Assembly: GCA_030529365.1 (NCBI GenBank)
Contig: JAUMXB010000008.1
Coordinates: 8,271-72,270, forward strand
Source: Cardiobacteriaceae bacterium
GTDB taxonomy: Bacteria; Pseudomonadota; Gammaproteobacteria; Cardiobacteriales; Cardiobacteriaceae
Direction: 5' to 3'
Length of the DNA stretch: 64,000 nt
In this document: one piece after another, positions 19,633 through 29,098 of the stretch
Layout: each line of letters begins with the position of its first letter
Numbering within the stretch: the first letter of the stretch is position 1
Translations under genes and position numbers: made by a program
The notes under the pieces: model-generated
Told to the model about the DNA's origin: nothing
The model's database searches: none
Seen by the model: the letters and a program-made list of their open reading frames with translations, nothing else

Positions 19633-21206
19633 CGCCCTACACCCAGGAAGGAAAGGCCGGTGGTCGGCAGCGGCTGGAAGCCGTCGAGCGCGTCCTTGTT
19701 CCAGCCGGTGGGCAGCTTGCGGTGCAGAATGGGATAGAGCGGCACTTCGCTGGAGACGATATCCACCACTTCTTTCCACGCGGCAAGCGTTTCCTCGCGC
19801 GAGCTGCTTTGCAGGGCGCGGTCAAGCGCGGCGACGGCTTTGGTGTGGCCTTCGCTGCCAGCCCAGTGCATGCGGGTGTTCGCCCACACGTCGCTTCTGT
19901 ACCACCAGGAGAGGAGCAGGTCGAGGTCGTTGCCGAAGACGGACGGATCGCCCGGGGCAAGGGCCACGCCATAGTTGCCGGAGGCGATGACGTCGCCGTA
20001 GAGCGCGCCGGATTGCAGATGCTTCAGGGTGACTTTCACGCCGGGGATGGCATTCCAGGATTCCAGCACCAGCGGGGCGCAGTCTTTCACCCATGAGGTG
20101 TCGGTGGCGACGAGTTCGAAGGCAAGTTCTTTCACGCCGGCTTCATCAAGCAGGGCGCGGGCTTTCGCGGCATCGTGCTTGTAAACGGTGCCGGCTTCGA
20201 AATAGTCGGCATGGGTTTTCTGCATGAAGGAGGTCGCCGCTTCGGCGTTGCCGAGCAGGGCGAGGTTGATGACCTTGTCGATATCCAGGCCATGGAAAAG
20301 CGCCTGGCGCACGCGCACATCATTGAAGGGTGCCTTGCCGCAGTTGAACATCAGGAAGAGCACGCCGAAGGATTGCACGGATTCCACTGCCGCTTTCCTG
20401 GCGAGCGCGTCCACATCGAGATAGGGCACGGATTCCATGGCCTGGATGCGCCTGGATTGCAGGGCGGTGACGCGTGCGGCATCGTCGGAGAGCAGGAACC
20501 AGGTCATTTTCTCGGCGCGCGCCGGATATTTGCCGTTGTAGGCCTCAAAGCGCGCGAATTCGATGCGGTCGTCCTTGGTGGCAGACACGAACTTGAACGG
20601 GCCGGAGCCGACCGGATTGGCGTCAAACGCCGACTTGTCTTTTTCCGCAATGTGCCTGGGCACGATTTTCACGATGGAGAGGCGCTCGCGGAAGATGGAG
20701 AGCGGGTATTTCAGCTTGAACTCAACGGCCCTGTCATCGACTTTCTTCACGCTGTCGATAAAGGGGATGAACTGGGCAAAGAGCGAGGCATTGGCCGGAT
20801 CCATCACGCGCTCGTAGGAAAACACGACATCATCGGCGGTGACCGGTGCGCCATCGTGGAAAACCGCGCCTTCGCGCAGGGTGACGCGCCAGGTGGTGTC
20901 ATCGACTTTTTCCGGCTCGCTTGCCGCCAGCGCCAGATAGGGTTCGCGCGTGGCCGGATGCAGATCAATGAGCGCTTCGAAGATATGCAGGTTGGCGGCA
21001 AAAGGTGTGGCGCCGCTGGTGGTCATCGGGTCAAAGCCGGTGGAGAGACTGTAGGATACGGCCGCTTCGATGCTGGCAGCGATCTTGCCTTCCTGCGCCC
21101 AGGCAGGCAGCGAACCGGCAAGTGCCAAACCGGCGCCCATGCCGCCCAGCACTTTCAGGAAGCGGCGGCGGCTTGCCAAATCAAGGGAAAAGTCGTTCAT
21201 GTTCAT
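19626..21206 (-). CDS. ABC transporter substrate-binding protein, family 5 (peptide/opine/sialic-acid type), Tat-secreted
   Basis: 526 aa; twin-arginine signal [27 protein letters not shown]; SBP_bac_5 fold. Confidence 0.85.
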   Translation of the reverse strand: MNMNDFSLDLASRRRFLKVLGGMGAGLALAGSLPAWAQEGKIAASIEAAVSYSLSTGFDPMTTSGATPFAANLHIFEALIDLHPATREPYLALAASEPEKVDDTTWRVTLREGAVFHDGAPVTADDVVFSYERVMDPANASLFAQFIPFIDSVKKVDDRAVEFKLKYPLSIFRERLSIVKIVPRHIAEKDKSAFDANPVGSGPFKFVSATKDDRIEFARFEAYNGKYPARAEKMTWFLLSDDAARVTALQSRRIQAMESVPYLDVDALARKAAVESVQSFGVLFLMFNCGKAPFNDVRVRQALFHGLDIDKVINLALLGNAEAATSFMQKTHADYFEAGTVYKHDAAKARALLDEAGVKELAFELVATDTSWVKDCAPLVLESWNAIPGVKVTLKHLQSGALYGDVIASGNYGVALAPGDPSVFGNDLDLLLSWWYRSDVWANTRMHWAGSEGHTKAVAALDRALQSSSREETLAAWKEVVDIVSSEVPLYPILHRKLPTGWNKDALDGFQPLPTTGLSFLGVGRK

Positions 21207-21391
21207 CTCCTGTCATTTGTTGGCCAATACTGCACATTACTATTGAGGAGAATAACGGAAAAGTCAATCTGTTTTCCACAAAAAACACTGTGAATTTCAT
21301 CAGATTTGCACATGAAAAAATTGACATCATTGCAGTTAAGGGTAAACTAGGCGCGCATAACCCCGAGGAATATCACCATAGAATTAAACCA
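21207..21391. promoter_or_regulatory. divergent control region between the ABC/nan-like operon and the deoR-aga operon
   Basis: 185-bp, lower-GC spacer; TTGACA-N17-TAAACT sigma70-like pair (21321-21349) facing deoR; TGTGA-N6-TCAGA (21289-21304) resembles a CRP-type site (one mismatch). Confidence 0.3.
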
Positions 21392-22183
21392 ATGAAACCA
21401 GACAGCACCATCGACCGCCGCAACAAAATCCGTGAAATGCTCGAAACCGATACCGTCGTCAATTCGCAGGCGCTGGCCGAGCGCTTCGAAGTCTCCCTGA
21501 TGACGATTTATCGCGATCTCGATTTCCTGCAAGAACAAGGCATTGCCAAGAGGCAGCATGGCGGGGCAATCATCGCCAACCGCTTTGTTACCGCGAGCAT
21601 GCGCAACCATCGCGCCACCCAGTATGTGGAAGCCAAGCGCGCCATCGGCCGCTATGCCGCCGAACACTTCATCGACATGCACAGCGACGACGCCATTATC
21701 ATCGGCGCCGGCTCGACCACGCTGGAATTCGTGAAAGCGCTGCCGGATATTCCCATCAACGTCATGGTCAACAGCTTGGAAGCGCTCTCCATTCTCGGCC
21801 GCCACAACCAGACCCATCTCTATGCCCTTGGCGGCGAACTGCGCAAGGACATCATGGCTTTCGGCGGCACCATGGCGCACGAAAGCATCCGCCAGTGCCA
21901 TTTTTCCAAGGCCTTCATCGGCGTGGACGGCATCGACATGCAGGCCGGATTCACCAGCACCAACGAACAGACCGCGCGCCTTTCCGAGCTGATGGCCGAA
22001 CATGCCGAAGATGTGTTCGTGCTCACCGATAACAGCAAGTTCCACCAGCGCTCTTTCCGTACCGTCTTTCCCTTCTCGCGGGTGCGCGCCATCATCACCA
22101 ACGCGGGCGTGGACATCCATTTCCGCCAGTTCCTGCGCGAACAGAATGTTGAACTGATCGAGGTTGAAGTCAATGAACACTAA
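21392..22183 (+). CDS. DeoR family transcriptional regulator (AgaR-like)
   Basis: 263 aa from Met130 of track ORF; N-terminal HTH ..ALAERFEVSLMTIYRDLDFLQEQGI.., C-terminal DeoR sugar-phosphate sensor domain. Confidence 0.85.
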   Translation: MKPDSTIDRRNKIREMLETDTVVNSQALAERFEVSLMTIYRDLDFLQEQGIAKRQHGGAIIANRFVTASMRNHRATQYVEAKRAIGRYAAEHFIDMHSDDAIIIGAGSTTLEFVKALPDIPINVMVNSLEALSILGRHNQTHLYALGGELRKDIMAFGGTMAHESIRQCHFSKAFIGVDGIDMQAGFTSTNEQTARLSELMAEHAEDVFVLTDNSKFHQRSFRTVFPFSRVRAIITNAGVDIHFRQFLREQNVELIEVEVNEH

Positions 22184-23444
22184 TCCCGTGGCCGAGCGCA
22201 TCGCCGCGCACAAGCAAAGCGGACGCGGCGGCATAGTTTCCGTGTGCAGCGCCCATCCCGCCGTGGTCGATGCCGCTGTCGATATCGCGCGCGATTATGG
22301 CGACGTGCTCCTGATCGAATCCACCTCCAACCAGGTCGATCAGTTCGGCGGCTATACCGGCAAGAAACCCGCCGAATTCATCGCGGAAACGCGCGCGCGC
22401 GTCCTCGCGCAAGGCTTTCCCGAAGCAAAACTCGCCTTCGGCGGCGACCACCTCGGCCCCAACGTCTGGCAGGGCTTGCCGGCAGCGGAAGCCATGAACT
22501 ATGCCGACGAACTCATCCGTCATTATGCCGCCGCCGGTTACGACAAAATCCACCTTGATTGCAGCATGAGCTGCGCCGACGATCCGGTGCCGCTTGATGA
22601 CGAAACCGTGGCGCGCCGCGCTGCGCGTCTCTGCAAAATCGCGGAAGCGTACAAAACGCGCGACATCGTCTATATCATCGGCACCGAAGTGCCGGTGCCG
22701 GGCGGCGCGCAGGAAGATCTCGCCGAACATGGCGTCACCCCAACCTCGCCCGAAGCCGCCAAAATCACCTGGCAAGTGCATGAGCGCATCTTTGCCGAAG
22801 AAGGGCTTGCCGAAGTGTGGCCGCGCGTCATTGGCCTCGTCGTGCAGCCCGGCGTCGAATTCGATCACCATCAGGTCATCGATTATCAGCCCGAGCACGC
22901 GCAAGCGCTTTCCCAAGTGGCTGAAGGCTTCAAACATGCCGTCTTCGAAGCGCATTCCACCGACTACCAAAATGCCCCCGCCTTCCGGCAACTGGTGCGC
23001 GACCATTTCGCCATCCTGAAAGTTGGCCCCGCGCTCACCTTTGCCTACCGCGAAGCGCTCTTTGCCCTCGAAGCCGCGCTTGCCGATTACCACGGCACGC
23101 CGTACCCCGGCGCTTTCCGCGCGGCCGTCGAAAAACTCATGCTCGAGCAGCCCAAATACTGGCAGAAATACTATGAGGGCGACGAACAGGAACAGCGCCG
23201 CCTGCGCGCCTTCAGCCTCTCCGACCGCATCCGCTATTACTGGCCGCAACTGGCAGAACCGGTGGCAACGCTCCTCGCCGACTTTGATGCCGCGCAGATT
23301 CCCTTCGGCATCATTCACCAGTACCTGCCGCATGCGCTCGATGAAGCGCACAACCGGGGCGAAGCGCCGAGCGCGGAGAATCTGATTCGTCACCATATTC
23401 GCGCAGCGTTGAAACCGTATTACGACGCCTGCATGGCATCGTAG
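22164..23444 (+). CDS. kbaZ: D-tagatose-bisphosphate aldolase non-catalytic subunit, KbaZ/GatZ family
   Basis: 426 aa; N-terminal ..GIVSVCSAHPAVVDAAVDIARDYGDVLLIESTSNQVDQFGGYTG.. matches the GatZ/KbaZ signature. Confidence 0.8.
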   Translation: MKSMNTNPVAERIAAHKQSGRGGIVSVCSAHPAVVDAAVDIARDYGDVLLIESTSNQVDQFGGYTGKKPAEFIAETRARVLAQGFPEAKLAFGGDHLGPNVWQGLPAAEAMNYADELIRHYAAAGYDKIHLDCSMSCADDPVPLDDETVARRAARLCKIAEAYKTRDIVYIIGTEVPVPGGAQEDLAEHGVTPTSPEAAKITWQVHERIFAEEGLAEVWPRVIGLVVQPGVEFDHHQVIDYQPEHAQALSQVAEGFKHAVFEAHSTDYQNAPAFRQLVRDHFAILKVGPALTFAYREALFALEAALADYHGTPYPGAFRAAVEKLMLEQPKYWQKYYEGDEQEQRRLRAFSLSDRIRYYWPQLAEPVATLLADFDAAQIPFGIIHQYLPHALDEAHNRGEAPSAENLIRHHIRAALKPYYDACMAS

Positions 23445-23445
23445 G

Positions 23446-23465
23446 GTGGGTGTCAACCCACCGTC
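23446..23465. repeat. type-4 hairpin motif GGGTGGGTGTCAACCCACC
   Basis: GGGTGGG-TGTCA-ACCCACC hairpin directly after kbaZ stop; near-identical motif at 2338-2356 and 30911-30930. Confidence 0.45.
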
Positions 23466-23550
23466 GCGAAGCGATGGCAGGTTGGGAAACACCGGCTTTG
23501 CATGTTGGCGTTTGTTATGTGATGTTGCCTTTCGCAAAAGGGCTATAAAT

Positions 23551-23632
23551 GATGTTTTTTACCATTAAAAAGTGCTTCTTTTAAGAAAATTTTGCATGGC
23601 AAGCGCTTGTTGGTGAGGAAAAAATACTATTG
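23551..23632. repeat. type-1 palindromic-unit repeat, copy 9 (degenerate)
   Basis: GATGTTTTTTACCATTAAAAAGTGCTTCTTTTAAGAAAATTTTGCATGGCAAGCGCTTGTTGGTGAGGAAAAAATACTATTGC. Confidence 0.65.
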
Positions 23633-23640
23633 CAAATCGG

Positions 23641-23752
23641 GTTGTGGTGGTGGGTCGGGGTGAAGCATCGCCGAACCCCAACAGGAAAACAGGCATGATT
23701 GTTGGGGTTCACGACGTTGCACGTCGTTCACCGCCAACCTACATACAGACAA
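23641..23752. repeat. type-3 nested-stem repeat, copy a
   Basis: GTTGTGGTGGTG..GAACCCCAA-N19-GTTGGGGTTC..CACCGCCAACCTACAT; same stem scaffold as 32824-32941 with different loop sequences. Confidence 0.6.
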
Positions 23753-23775
23753 CTTCAAACAATCAAGGATTCCTT

Positions 23776-24930
23776 ATGACTTTCGCCACAACCGATTTTT
23801 CCGCCCTTGGCGCTGCGCATACCGCGCGCGAAATCGCGCAGCAGGGTGATTGCTGGCGGCAGATTCCCGCCTTGCTGGCCGATGCCGATGATGCCGTCAA
23901 ACTGGCAGTGGCGCACAGCCTGATCCGCCCGCAAGAGGCCGTGATTTTCAGCGGCGCGGGGACTTCCGCCTATGTGGGCGAAATTCTCGCGCCCGCGCTC
24001 GCGCCCTATGCGCAGGCGTTTTGTCTGGCGCGCCACAGCACCGATGTCGTCTCCAATCCCGCCGCCTGCCTGCCGCGTGGGGCGCGCGGTGTATTCTTCG
24101 CCTTTGCCCGCTCCGGCAATTCGCCGGAAAGCCTCGACAGCCTGGAAAAGCTTCATGCCATTGCGCCGGAAGTGACGCCGGTCTATATCACCTGCAATCC
24201 CGAAGGCGCGCTCGCGAAAAAAGCGGCAGCCGGTGAAGGGCTGTCGTGCCTGATGCCGGAAGAAACGCACGACCAGAGTTTCGTGATGACCTCGAGTTTT
24301 TCCACCATGACGCTCTTTACCGCCGCGCTTTGCCGCGATGCGCTGGGCTTGCCCGCGCTTGATGTGGAAGCGGCAGCGGATGCGGCGGACAATATCGTCG
24401 CCAATTTTTACGGCAGCGCCACGCTGGATGAACTGGCCAAGGCCAAGCGTCTGGTCTTCCTCGGCAGCAATGCGCTGTGGGGCGCGGCGCGCGAGAGTGC
24501 GCTGAAAATTCTGGAAATGACCGCTGGCGCGATTCCGACTATGGCGGAAACGGCGCTCGGCTTCCGCCACGGCCCGAAATCGCTGATCGACGGCGACACG
24601 GCGGTGATTATTTTCGCGAGCAACGATGCCTACACCCAGCAGTTCGACCGCGATATTGCCGTGGAAGTGCTGAATGGCAGTGCGCGCGATGTGTTCATTG
24701 TCGGCAGCCCCGCCTTTTTCGCGCGCTATCCCGAGTTGTCGGCGCATGGTTTGGCGCATGTGCCGAACGGCGCGCCGGAGGAAGTGCTCGCCGTGCTTGC
24801 CGTCATCCATGCTCAGCTGCTCGGCTTGCGCCTTGCCATTGATCGCGGCATCGCCGCCGACAATCCCTGCCCGAGTGGTGAAGTGAACCGCGTCGTGCAG
24901 GGCGTTACCCTTTACCCCTATCCCCACTGA
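23776..24930 (+). CDS. agaS: double-SIS-domain tagatose-6-phosphate ketose/aldose isomerase (AgaS)
   Basis: 384 aa from Met45 of track ORF (AAGGA 6 nt upstream); two SIS domains; same length as AgaS. Confidence 0.85.
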   Translation: MTFATTDFSALGAAHTAREIAQQGDCWRQIPALLADADDAVKLAVAHSLIRPQEAVIFSGAGTSAYVGEILAPALAPYAQAFCLARHSTDVVSNPAACLPRGARGVFFAFARSGNSPESLDSLEKLHAIAPEVTPVYITCNPEGALAKKAAAGEGLSCLMPEETHDQSFVMTSSFSTMTLFTAALCRDALGLPALDVEAAADAADNIVANFYGSATLDELAKAKRLVFLGSNALWGAARESALKILEMTAGAIPTMAETALGFRHGPKSLIDGDTAVIIFASNDAYTQQFDRDIAVEVLNGSARDVFIVGSPAFFARYPELSAHGLAHVPNGAPEEVLAVLAVIHAQLLGLRLAIDRGIAADNPCPSGEVNRVVQGVTLYPYPH

Positions 24931-24952
24931 CAAAAACAGGAGAGAAACCACT

Positions 24953-25429
24953 ATGCCCAATATTTTGCTTACCCGTATCGACAACCGCCTGATTCACGGC
25001 CAGGTCGGCATGACCTGGACCAACTGGCTGGGTGCGAATCTCGTGCTCGTGGCTGACGATCAGCTCGCCGCCGATCCCACCCAGCAGGCGCTGATGGACA
25101 TGGCCATTGCCGGTGGCGCCGAATCGCGCTATTTCACCCTGCAAAAAACCATTGACGTGATTCACAAGGCGGCCGACCGCCAGAAAATTTTCCTGATCGT
25201 GCGCACCCCGCAGGATGCCCTCAAGCTCGTCGAAGGCGGTGTGCCGATCAAGGTCATCAACGTCGGCAACCTGCATTTTGCCGAAGGCAAGCGCCAGGTC
25301 TCCAAAGTGATTTCCGTCACCGAGGATGACGTGCGCTGCTTCCGTGAACTGGAAGCGCGTGGTGTGACCTGTACCGTACAGGGCACGCCGGACGACAGGA
25401 AAATCCCCATCCTCACCCTCGTCGAATAA
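24953..25429 (+). CDS. PTS mannose/sorbose-family EIIB component
   Basis: 158 aa; MPNILLTRIDNRLIHGQVGMTW.. with phosphorylatable His in RLIHGQV. Confidence 0.9.
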   Translation: MPNILLTRIDNRLIHGQVGMTWTNWLGANLVLVADDQLAADPTQQALMDMAIAGGAESRYFTLQKTIDVIHKAADRQKIFLIVRTPQDALKLVEGGVPIKVINVGNLHFAEGKRQVSKVISVTEDDVRCFRELEARGVTCTVQGTPDDRKIPILTLVE

Positions 25430-25438
25430 GGAGTTCCC

Positions 25439-26215
25439 ATGGAAGTCTTGTTGTGGCAAGCGCTGGCGATCGCGATCTTCGCAGGGATCGCCGGTATTGA
25501 CCTTTTCAACGTGCTCACGCACATCCACCGCCCGATCATCACCGGCCCCATCGTTGGCCTGATCCTTGGCAATCCCGAAGCGGGGCTGGTGGCTGGCGCC
25601 ACCTTCGAGCTGATGTGGATGGGGCTGGTGCCACTGGCCGGTGCGCAGCCGCCGAACGTCGTGCTGGGCGGCATCATCGGCACCGCCTTTGCCATTGTCA
25701 CCGGGCAGACTGCCGAGCAGGCAATACTCGTTGCCGTGCCGTTCGCCATCTTCGTGCAGGTATGCATCACCTTCCTGTTCACCGCCTTTTCGCCCTTGAT
25801 GAGCAAGGCCGACCACTACGCGCGCACCCTGAACTTCAAGGGCATCGCAGGGCTGAACTATCTCGGCATGACCATCCTCTTCTGCTTCTACAGCATCATC
25901 GCCTTCTCAGTGATTTATTTCGGTGCGGAAGCGGCGCAGAAGCTCGTGAGCCTCATTCCGCAGTGGCTGACCGACGGTCTGCAATTCGCGGGCGGCCTGA
26001 TGCCTGCCATCGGTTTCGGCATCCTGCTCAACATCATGCTGCAACGCCAATACATCGCCTATTACCTGCTGGGCTTTTTGCTCGCCGCCTACTTCAAGCA
26101 GCCGCTGCTCGCGATTGCGCTGGTTGGCGTCGTCTTCGCCCTGATTGAGTACTACCTGCGCGGAAATGCAGCGGAAAAAACCACCAGCCATGCTGCCGAA
26201 GAGGAGGGCATCTGA
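25439..26215 (+). CDS. PTS mannose/sorbose-family EIIC component
   Basis: 258 aa polytopic membrane protein with EIIC-Man signature region ..GLVPLAGAQPPNVVLGGIIG.. Confidence 0.9.
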   Translation: MEVLLWQALAIAIFAGIAGIDLFNVLTHIHRPIITGPIVGLILGNPEAGLVAGATFELMWMGLVPLAGAQPPNVVLGGIIGTAFAIVTGQTAEQAILVAVPFAIFVQVCITFLFTAFSPLMSKADHYARTLNFKGIAGLNYLGMTILFCFYSIIAFSVIYFGAEAAQKLVSLIPQWLTDGLQFAGGLMPAIGFGILLNIMLQRQYIAYYLLGFLLAAYFKQPLLAIALVGVVFALIEYYLRGNAAEKTTSHAAEEEGI

Positions 26216-27177
26216 TGAACGCACCTGATCAACCCGTCACCAGTGCCAGCCAGGACAACCACATCTTCGCCGGCGCCAACAACAACCCCGACGTTTTCGA
26301 AGACAGCAGCGCGCCGCACGTCATCGAACCGGCAGATATCCGCCGCATGGCGTGGCGCTCGCTCTTTTTGCAGGCGTCCTTCAACTACGAACGCATGCAG
26401 GCCAACGGCTGGCTCTACACCATCCTGCCCGCGTTGCGCAAAATCCACAGGAATGACAACGACCTGAAAAAATCCATGTCCATGCACCTGGAGTTTTTCA
26501 ACACCCACCCCTTCCTCGTCACCTTCATCTCCGGCCTCGTGCTCGCGATGGAAGAAGCGAAAGAGCGGGTCGATACCATCCGCGCCATCAAAGTCTCCAC
26601 CATGGGGCCGGGCGGCGGCATCGGCGACGCCGTGTTCTGGCTGACCCTGCTCTCCATCTGCGGCGGCGTGGGCGCATCGTTCTCCTTGCAAGGCTCGTGG
26701 ATTGGCCCGGTGTTCTTCCTCGTCTTCTTCAACGTCGTGCACTTCGGCCTGCGCTTCGGCCTCGCGTCCTACGGCTACAAAATGGGCGTCTCCGCCATCA
26801 AGAGCCTGAAAGACCAGACGAAAAAACTGGCGCATGCCGCATCCATCGTCGGCCTCACCGTAATCGGCGCGATGACCGCGAGCTATGTGCGCTTCGAAGC
26901 CGGCCTGCAAATGACGCGCGTTGTGGAAGGCGCGGAAAAGCCGTTCGTTTACAGCCTGCAAAAGGATCTCATCGATCCCATCATGCCGAGCCTCCTGCCG
27001 CTGCTTTGGACCCTGTTCATCCTCTGGCGCATCAAAAAAGGCAGCTCGCCGCTGAAACTCGTGCTCTGGACAGTCGCCTTCGGCGTTGCCTGCACCCTGA
27101 TTCCGGTGCTGGTGAAAATGGCCTTCGGCTGGGACATCATCGACCCTGCCGTACTGCAAAGCCGCATGGGCAAATAA
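26215..27177 (+). CDS. PTS mannose/sorbose-family EIID component
   Basis: 320 aa; ..IRRMAWRSLFLQASFNYERMQANGW.. is the conserved EIID N-terminal motif; ~40-aa N-terminal extension. Confidence 0.9.
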   Translation: MNAPDQPVTSASQDNHIFAGANNNPDVFEDSSAPHVIEPADIRRMAWRSLFLQASFNYERMQANGWLYTILPALRKIHRNDNDLKKSMSMHLEFFNTHPFLVTFISGLVLAMEEAKERVDTIRAIKVSTMGPGGGIGDAVFWLTLLSICGGVGASFSLQGSWIGPVFFLVFFNVVHFGLRFGLASYGYKMGVSAIKSLKDQTKKLAHAASIVGLTVIGAMTASYVRFEAGLQMTRVVEGAEKPFVYSLQKDLIDPIMPSLLPLLWTLFILWRIKKGSSPLKLVLWTVAFGVACTLIPVLVKMAFGWDIIDPAVLQSRMGK

Positions 27178-27195
27178 GCTTGCCGATCCTCGAAA

Positions 27196-27225
27196 AAACC
27201 GCCGGAAACGGCGGTTTTTTCATAT
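27196..27225 (+). terminator. rho-independent terminator after PTS IIBCD genes
   Basis: AAAAAACCGCCGG-AAA-CGGCGGTTTTTT 20 nt after EIID stop. Confidence 0.6.
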
Positions 27226-27241
27226 CCGGACAATAGCCTCA

Positions 27242-27325
27242 GAAATTTTCATTGAAACATTATTTATAATAATTTTTTCTCATCAATAAGCACTTATCGC
27301 GGTAAAAACAATCTATCATAATCAT
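27242..27325. repeat. type-1 palindromic-unit repeat, copy 10 (degenerate)
   Basis: ..TTTTTTCTCATCAATAAGCACTTATCGCGGTAAAAACAATCTATCATAATC. Confidence 0.6.
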
Positions 27326-27395
27326 TTTTATGGTATATTTTGTCAATGCCTTGTCTTGTCATTTCTTCCTTTTGTCATCTGCCGGAGAAAACACC

Positions 27396-27908
27396 ATGTC
27401 GCAAGAAAAGCTGCAAGCCATACAAATCCTCGCTCGCTGCCTGACCAACAACGATCCTGCCGTTTTGCAGGATATTGATGAACTGGAAAACGACCTGCCG
27501 CGATTCTTTGCCCGTCATGAAGCGGATTTTGAGGACTGCTATTACTTTCCGCCCACAGACTATTCAGACGATGAAAAATACTGGGATGGCATCATGAACA
27601 GTCTGCGTTTCACAGACCATGCCCAGTACTTTGACTGGAAAGAAGGCCTGGACGACTTTCTCGAGCGCATCGCCAGGCTGCCCTTGCTGGCGCCGCGCTT
27701 TGCCGCCTTGCCCAAGGAAGGGTTGAATGCGGACGCTTCCATCCCGGAATGGGCGGACGTGCTCAACGCGCAATGGCAGGCGCACGGCATTCGCCTGGTC
27801 AACCTGGAAACGGGCGGGGATGATTACCTGTGCGCCGTGGCAGCCTGCGAGGATCTGGATGACATCCGCAAGGCGGCAAAAATGCTTGGTGAGAGAATCT
27901 GGACCTGA
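27396..27908 (+). CDS. hypothetical acidic protein, no recognisable domain
   Basis: 171 aa from internal Met (GGAGA 9 nt upstream); coding-like composition but ~54% GC (below backbone); bracketed by type-1 repeats 10 and 11. Confidence 0.5.
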   Translation: MSQEKLQAIQILARCLTNNDPAVLQDIDELENDLPRFFARHEADFEDCYYFPPTDYSDDEKYWDGIMNSLRFTDHAQYFDWKEGLDDFLERIARLPLLAPRFAALPKEGLNADASIPEWADVLNAQWQAHGIRLVNLETGGDDYLCAVAACEDLDDIRKAAKMLGERIWT

Positions 27909-28023
27909 TTTCGGGCGCATGGTTCTGTTGGCGCAGGAAAGTTTGCTGCCATATGCCGGAGGCAGCGCGGCAGCCAATGGCGAAGCCGCATTCATGATAA
28001 AACATGAATTTCAATAAATGGCA

Positions 28024-28110
28024 AAAAATAGATATTTTTTCTCAAAAATAAGCGCTTATTATGAGAAAATTTATCGCAACAAGCGCTTTGGAGTGAGAAA
28101 AAATACTATT
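28024..28110. repeat. type-1 palindromic-unit repeat, copy 11
   Basis: AAAAAATAGATATTTTTTCTCAAAAATAAGCGCTTATTATGAGAAAATTTATCGCAACAAGCGCTTTGGAGTGAGAAAAAATACTATTCC. Confidence 0.8.
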
Positions 28111-28327
28111 CCGGGGAAGGAAATGTAAAAGTTGCCCGGGAAGGCGGCCAGGCATGACCCGTTGCCGTTTCCGCCGCTTTCCGTGCGATTTTTTTCCATC
28201 ATGACAAAGTGTTGCTGTCTTTATTTGCATGGCGGCGGCAAAGGAACCGTTTTTCGCTGTACTTTCTTGCGCGCTCTTGTAAAAATAAACCCCGTGTAAC
28301 AAAAGCGCCATAAAGGGGACACCATAT

Positions 28328-28759
28328 ATGATCCGGTTCATCGTAAGTGGTCACGGGCAATTCGCCAGTGGTGTGGTTTCCGCAGCCAGCCTGATTGCCG
28401 GCGAGGCCGACGCGTTTGCCGTTGTGGACTTCCCCGAAGGCTCGAGCAACACCCAGCTGGGCGCAGACCTGAAAGCCGCGCTGGACACGGCGGGTGATGA
28501 ACCCGTCATCATCTTCACCGATATTCTTGGCGGCATGCCCTTCCGCGAATCGGCACTGCTCGCCGGCAACCGGCCGCACACCGAAGTGGTTTGCGGCACC
28601 AACGTCCAGATTCTGGTGGAAGCCGTGCTTGAACGCAGCGAGGACGATACGCCCGCCGATCTTCTTGCCCGCATCCTGCCCGGCGCACGCGAAGGACTGA
28701 ACCTCCTGAGCGCCATCCAGCCCAAATCCCGGCAACCCGATGCCGAAGACGGCATCTAA
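28328..28759 (+). CDS. PTS mannose-family EIIA component
   Basis: 143 aa; MIRFIVSGHGQFASG.. with active-site His in SGHG; first gene of IIA-HPr-EI operon. Confidence 0.85.
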   Translation: MIRFIVSGHGQFASGVVSAASLIAGEADAFAVVDFPEGSSNTQLGADLKAALDTAGDEPVIIFTDILGGMPFRESALLAGNRPHTEVVCGTNVQILVEAVLERSEDDTPADLLARILPGAREGLNLLSAIQPKSRQPDAEDGI

Positions 28760-28774
28760 ACTTGGAGTATCACC

Positions 28775-29035
28775 ATGCAAACCACAGAACTTGTGCTCAA
28801 TAACGATTCCGGGCTGCATGCCCGCCCCGGCAAGGATTTCGTGCAGCTGGCGAAAACCTTTGAAAGCGTGGTCACCGTGATCAAGAACGGTGAGCGCTAC
28901 AACGGCAAGTCGCTGATGAAAATCATGCAGGCCGGCCTTTCCAAAGGTGATACCTTCCAGATCGAAACGGAAGGAGCGGACGAAGAAAAAGCGCTGGCAG
29001 CACTTGCCGACTACATCGGCAACCTGCGCGAATAA
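28775..29035 (+). CDS. ptsH: phosphocarrier protein HPr
   Basis: 86 aa; His15 motif GLHARPG; ..GKSLMKIMQAGLSKGDTFQIETEGADEEKAL.. Confidence 0.9.
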   Translation: MQTTELVLNNDSGLHARPGKDFVQLAKTFESVVTVIKNGERYNGKSLMKIMQAGLSKGDTFQIETEGADEEKALAALADYIGNLRE

Positions 29036-29049
29036 AATTGTGAAAAGGC

Positions 29050-29080
29050 CGGGTTGCCGGTCTTTTTATTATGAATCCAC
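29050..29080 (+). terminator. weak hairpin / partial terminator between ptsH and ptsI
   Basis: AAAAGGCCGGGTTGCCGGTCTTTTTATT; imperfect stem with U-tract, compatible with attenuating read-through into ptsI. Confidence 0.3.
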
Positions 29081-29098
29081 ACGCTTAAGGAGTGTGAT

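Noticed and set aside
21005-22183. 392-aa track ORF for the DeoR regulator
   Set aside because: The first 129 codons are read-through across the divergent promoter region. DeoR-family homology begins at Met130 (21392).
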